A DNA stretch of 52,936 nt from Klebsormidium nitens. Its lineage: Eukaryota > Plantae > Klebsormidiophyceae. Position numbers and translations under genes: made by a program. This document shows positions 47,831-52,936 of this stretch, piece after piece; the stretch's first letter is position 1; the number at the start of each line of letters is the position of its first letter. The stretch is from positions 1 to 52,936 of the forward strand of contig DF237547.1 in assembly GCA_000708835.1 (NCBI GenBank), written 5' to 3'. Under the pieces are notes generated by a model that worked only from the letters and a program-made list of their open reading frames with translations, ran no database searches and was not told the DNA's origin.

Positions 47831-49369
47831 ATGTAGCCGACACGTGAGACTCGTCAACCAACCGGCTCGACGTCGATGTCCGCGGCCCAGCACTCGCCGC
47901 GGGCACATGCGCCAAGACACGTCTTTGCGGCGTTTGGCCTTTGCGTGCTTGCTTCGCCCTGAAAGCGCCCTCGATTTCTTTTGTGAACAGTGTGCGGAAG
48001 AGGTTGATATTTGCTTGCTGGAAGATTCTGGAATCATCCGGATGAAAAAGACCACTCATTGGCTATGATGTGTGCAAAGCAAGTGGGGGTTGTTTTCAAG
48101 ATCCCACCACCGCCCACAAACTCTGAACGGAGCCACTGACGTACTTGTGGCGCAATTTGAGTTCATTCATATTCCTCCATTGGGAACCGGTGAAATATGT
48201 TTCTGACAACCCTGCCGGGCGTCCGTTGCATGCCACAGAAAAGGGATTTCAACCCATTTCAAAGGAGTTTTCGTGAGCAATTCAGACGGGGGTTCGAGTT
48301 GCACTTGAGCGACTTACCTCATGCTCCAGATTCCAGGCAGTATCCCCCGGACTCTTGTCCAAGCGTTTGAACACTCTTGCTAGTTCTGGTCTCAACCCTA
48401 AGAGTCAGATCGTTTATTAGCAAAACACATGGGACTCAACGGTCTAAATCACTCTGCTGTGAGTGCTTTTCACCCGCGATATTCGAGCAGGCTTCGTGAT
48501 TGTCCCAAGGTCAGACTTCCAACACCGGCTGAAGCATCATGAATCCGGGTCGATTGCCAATCATATTACAGGTATTGTCTCGAGCTAGTAAAAGATGTCT
48601 CCTCATAAGCCGTCTTTCTACGCCGCGACTACTTTAGCAGCAACCGTCCCTCTATAAGAAGTCACTTGGGCACTGTATACATCCCAAGATTTCAAAGAGT
48701 CCCATTCTACGCAGGAAGAAAAGGTCTTGCACACCGTCGGGTCCTTAAGTTTGGTTTAGTGACTGGTTTAGTATAATGAGTGGCTTATTTTGTTTCAAGG
48801 TTTGTTGGACGGGGCCCCATTCATTGAGCTTGTAGTCGACGTGAGCCGCGAACTGAAGGCCGGCGGCCGGGTTCCAAGATCAGTGCAAGGCACCGTCATG
48901 AGCGGGTCTCTCGGCAACAAAGATGGGACGTCATATTCGTGGCTATGACGACATGAGCACTATTAGGAGGCTGACGCAAATTTAATTGCCAGCTCACTAG
49001 TGGGTGTCACGTTCGTTCTGAAGCCAGGGTTCTCCAATATGTCTTTACCCGCTTTACGTTGACGGCCTTCATTCACTTTATACCTCTATAAGAATCTTAC
49101 AACCCAGGGTACTAGAACCAACTTACAGTTTTGGGAAGGTCAATGAAGCTGCCAGGCGGTCTCCGTGCAGAATCTTCTCAAGGTCGGAAAAGGTCCCTAG
49201 GACTGGACTGGTCGATTACAGACTGCTTGTGGACCTTTGTCTAATTAGCAATCAGGAACCTTACGATTTGAGCACTAGGTCGACCCGGCCGGCTCAGGCT
49301 CTTCTCTTTACGAGACTTCGCTAGATCAAAGAGGGACCGAGCTCGAATCTCTGACGCTGGGAGGTTCAG

Positions 49370-49570
49370 TCCTCCGGATGCAGCCGTTCTCAAACGAAGC
49401 TTGGTGCATGTATGCCTTGCTAGCGATACCGCCGCCCGACACGGTGGCCCCGTATCTCTGGTAGGCGCCTTTAAACGGGTCTGATAAACTGTTACTATTT
49501 TCCTTGAATGATGATGATGCATTTTCCATGGCGTGGCGATGATCGCTCAACCGGGTGGGCAGAGGGTCCC
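49370..49570 (-). repeat. Diverged dispersed repeat, pair A copy 2
   Basis: See 44060-44290. Confidence 0.6.
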
Positions 49571-49984
49571 ATTTGGCTTCGGTTAGGAGAATCAATTGAA
49601 ACCACCTCGATGTGCGGCCCAGCCCGTTTTGCGCGATTGGGTTTGGTTGGCCGAATTTGCAATGCTTAGCAGTCGTGATTGCGGAGAGCGAAGTGGGTAA
49701 ATCATTCTACGACTCAGAAAGTGCTGATCACTCGGGCTCCGTTGACCACTGGTGCTTGTTTGAACGCACTGTGCTTGATCTGGGCTCTCTTGTACCTTTG
49801 ATGTTCTAATTATTATCAAAAACCCGGGTGGCCACGAAACTACGAGCGTTGTCGACGCTCAGATTGGCCGCCCGCGGAGTTTCTCGACTCCAGTTGGCTC
49901 TACCCCTTTGCCAGAGTTTCGTTCGTTTTGTAAACGGTTCTTTTTGCTGTATTAGACGCTTTCCCTCAAAAGCTCTACAATTAG

Positions 49985-50764
49985 CACAGGGGGGATTGGT
50001 CAGTAACCTTGGTAGGTTGTGCCAAGGTTATTGCATAGGTTGTCGCGTGACATAGGTAGTAACCTAGGTAACCTTGGACCTGGGTTGAGTGGCACTCTTA
50101 ATCCGGGTAGGTTCTGCACAACCCATGCAGACCCGGGTTGCGAACAACTTCGACCTGGTTTGTTGTTAACTCAAATGCGCAAAAGAAGAAATTTGAGACT
50201 TTGTGACGCTTTTTGGCGGTTAAGAAACATGAGATTTTCCAAAAGGATGACAGAATCTTGTAGCCAAGGACGTTCCAAAGCATGGTTAAGTCGCAAAAAA
50301 GTCGAAGTCGAAAAGGAAACGGAGAAAACGGATTGCAAAGTGTCTACTTTGGTGCGTTTCAAAGCCGTTTCCGAGAGGTAAAAAGAGAGCGCAGCTATGG
50401 GCTCTCTGGTTCGAACCCACGTTCTAATGCATGTCTACCAGAATCAAGCGTCTTACCACTATGCTATTGCTCCTTTTGATCTGAAACGTTCTTCAAACAA
50501 AATCCATATAATGTTTGTATGCCCAGATTAAGAACAAACCACCCAGGTTGTGGCGTAACCTGGGCTCAAAATTTTTGTAACCTGGATGTGCCTAGGTTGT
50601 AAACAACCTAGGATGACCTCGGTTACTCACAACGTGACACAAGTCTAATTATTGTACAGCAACCTAGGTGATACCGAGGTTGTCAACAACCTTGGTCCCG
50701 TAACCTAGGCATAACCTGGGTGCCTAGGTTACGGGACCTAGGTTACCGACCAATCCTCCATGTG
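49985..50764. mobile_element. Non-autonomous TIR DNA transposon (MITE), CACTA/CMC-like, 780 bp
   Basis: 28-bp TIRs at 49985-50012 and 50737-50764 (24/28 match, beginning CACA), flanked by a TAG duplication at 49982-49984 and 50765-50767. Many subterminal AACCTAGG, AACCTTGG and AACCTGG motifs at both ends. No transposase ORF. Confidence 0.85.
50398..50473 (-). pseudogene. Degenerate tRNA-like segment (possibly derived from Gln-CTG) inside the MITE
   Basis: Minus strand: GGAGCAA TAGCATAGTGG TAAG (A box) ... TT CTG G ... GTG GGTTCGAACC (B box). The stems do not pair properly. Confidence 0.5.
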
Positions 50765-52666
50765 TAGATTTTGGCAAGGCGCTCCTTCGAGTACCTCAAG
50801 ATCTGGTATCAATAGCTCGCCACCCCGCCCGCGAACGCGCTACTATGGCTCGCGTCCTGACGGTGGTGTTCGCGAGCTCAGTCGGTCTGAGACGGCTCCC
50901 AAGCGGCCTTTCATATCGAAGTGTGCCGAAAACAGGAGCTTTATATTTGCTAGCTCCTGTCCAGTTGTTCTCAAATGTGGATTCCGCAACTGCTTTTCTT
51001 TTCAAGCGGTGACCGACTGGTACAAGTCGCACTCTTGAGAGCGCTCGCGTAATACTAATTCGCCTTGAAGCAAACCACGAATTCAGAATGCAATATTTCA
51101 GAGACTTGGACAGCCGACTCAATTCTCCGAGTCCCAATTGAAAACAAGTTTTGCCCCTGTCGTCATTCATGGTCTGGGGATTTGCCTTTTCTTTTCGATG
51201 CGTTCACCGTTACAACTCACGGGTAGGTAAGCAGAGTGAAAGACAGTAGCGGAAGAGCCAAATGCTTCTGTTTTCTGCTTCAGATATTATAAAGCGATAT
51301 TCGTGGACGCCCACATCGGCCGAACTTAGAACATCGCAGACAGCTGCTCTCATGGACGTTGTGAAGATGCCTATAAACATTGAAAGAGCGAGCTTTTAGC
51401 TTTGATATCTACGTCGTGGTGCGGGCAGGTATCGCCAGCTGTGCCACCTGTCGACGGATTGAGCTTGCCTCGTGAAGTTATTGCGCTTACTAATTTGAGG
51501 TTTCATGGCTTGCGGTTTTGTCTTGTGAGTTTGCCGCTTATGGAAAATTCCTCTCAAGAGTTATTTTTCCCCTATCTACCTTAAGGCTGTGGTGGAAGGC
51601 ATCCTTCAATCAGGCTCGATCGATCGTGAGCGTTCTGCTGGTCGCAGAGCAGTCGTACTGGAACTTTCTGCAGATAATTCCGCAAACACAGGTCAACGAC
51701 GTCGCAGACTGAGAGTATGGCAGGTTGGGAATCCGGCTTGACTTACATTGTGTTGTTGAAGATTCTGGGGCACGAAGTTGACAAAAGAGCATCGCGTTTC
51801 GCTTACTGTAAAGGGAGTGCTCGGAGGGTTGGCGCTGCCAAATTTATGTCCGCACAATGAAATGGATTGTGTGCTCAATTGAAACTTCAATCATTTTGGG
51901 AGCTGCGGATCGAAATTTTTTACCGTAGAGTGTGCTTACAGGACTCTGAAAGCGAAAAATTAAATCCTGTTTTTGTCTAGCCGGCCCTTACAACCAGAGA
52001 GCATAGTGTGCCCTCTTGTGCGTCCGCCAGCGCGCTGCCAAGGCTTACGTTTCAGGCTGCTTCGCCACACAGCCGTCCGAACCTACAAGTCCAGAGTTCT
52101 GATTTAAAAGTATTGATGGTATTTTGCGGATGCTTGGATTTTAGGCTTAGCTTGGCTGTGAGACAGCATCCACTGGGATAGCCTTCAAGAAATCTCAGAG
52201 GAAATCCTGGGGGTACTAAGCCTCCCCTTCGAGCCAAATATGGTAGACAATAGGCGACATGAGACCTTAACCAAGATCAGGCTTCGGAGCTCACGTCTTT
52301 GCAAATCAGATACTCCATAGCATACGTGCTTGGGCTATCTGGGGCTTCAGATTGGAAGCAGTCTGCAACTAGTCTATTTAAATTTTTAGGGTGCCGCGGA
52401 TTGAGATATTGTGCCCTTGGGAACATAGCTTTGGAAGCAACACATGCCAGATTTCATTCACATGAGCGAGGGGTCTGCTTCTGCAAAGGTAGCCGTTACA
52501 AGGAAAGCCAATGTTCGAGGGCGCCAATTGCGTACCGCGAGAACGCAACGAATGTTGAATGTGTTCGAAGACCCTTGTTCATGGAGAGTCGCTCCAATAC
52601 TTCCTTCCCTTACTTTTGGACTGAACTATTTTACCCGTGGACTTAACAGTAGTTAGGTCCTAATAG

Positions 52667-52930
52667 CGCGCTTCTACTCTTCGCCTTAAGTGAATTCGAA
52701 GATTGATCTGGTTCGTTTGGCTGTGAAACGAGGTAAATGGTACGGTTGAGTGGCTGTGATGTTCGCCGGGCACGTACGTTGGGGCCTGTCCTAGGAACCC
52801 AGAAGGTATCCTCGTGCCGTTCAGCGCTGATGCTGCTTTCAAGAAAAGTCACTGCACCTTCTTTATCCTAAGCCTGGCTTAGTACTTGCAAAGAATGGAA
52901 TTCACAGGGCGTTTTCGCAGTCTACCAAGA
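52667..52930 (-). repeat. Diverged dispersed repeat, pair B copy 2
   Basis: See 47580-47830. Confidence 0.75.
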
Positions 52931-52936
52931 CTGGCT

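Larger units (their letters stand above)
45460..48500 (-). pseudogene. Possible decayed intron-containing gene or transposon relic of unknown family
   Basis: Splice-site-like motifs and protein-like fragments broken by stops and frameshifts on the minus strand. No recognisable domain. Confidence 0.2.

Noticed and set aside
50398-50473. Functional tRNA gene
   Set aside because: The anticodon, T and acceptor stems do not pair. Reported only as a tRNA-like remnant.

Overview
This is eukaryotic, intron-rich nuclear DNA from the green lineage. The splice-site style and gene content suggest a streptophyte alga such as Klebsormidium (inference, not proven). Bases ~1.3-40.4 kb hold seven supportable genes: a digalactosyldiacylglycerol synthase with a ~335-aa insertion (+), a cupin-fold protein (-), a NAP1/SET-domain protein with a plastid-type N-terminus (+), RsmE (-), RPL34 (+), an F-box/Cys-rich/TM protein (-), and an RRM protein (+). 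Bases ~40.5-52.9 kb are gene-poor: decayed coding relics, a 136-bp tandem repeat, two diverged dispersed repeat pairs, and a 780-bp TIR element carrying a tRNA-like segment. The most striking signal is a set of 'shadow' copies of exon boundaries inside introns. The DGD gene has five copies of one exon start spaced ~170 bp apart, with mostly synonymous differences in the closest copies. Three further cases occur in DGD and RsmE. Most intergenic gaps also carry short islands rich in palindromes (CTAG, CATG, GGCC). All exon models and counts were made by hand and need RNA-seq confirmation.
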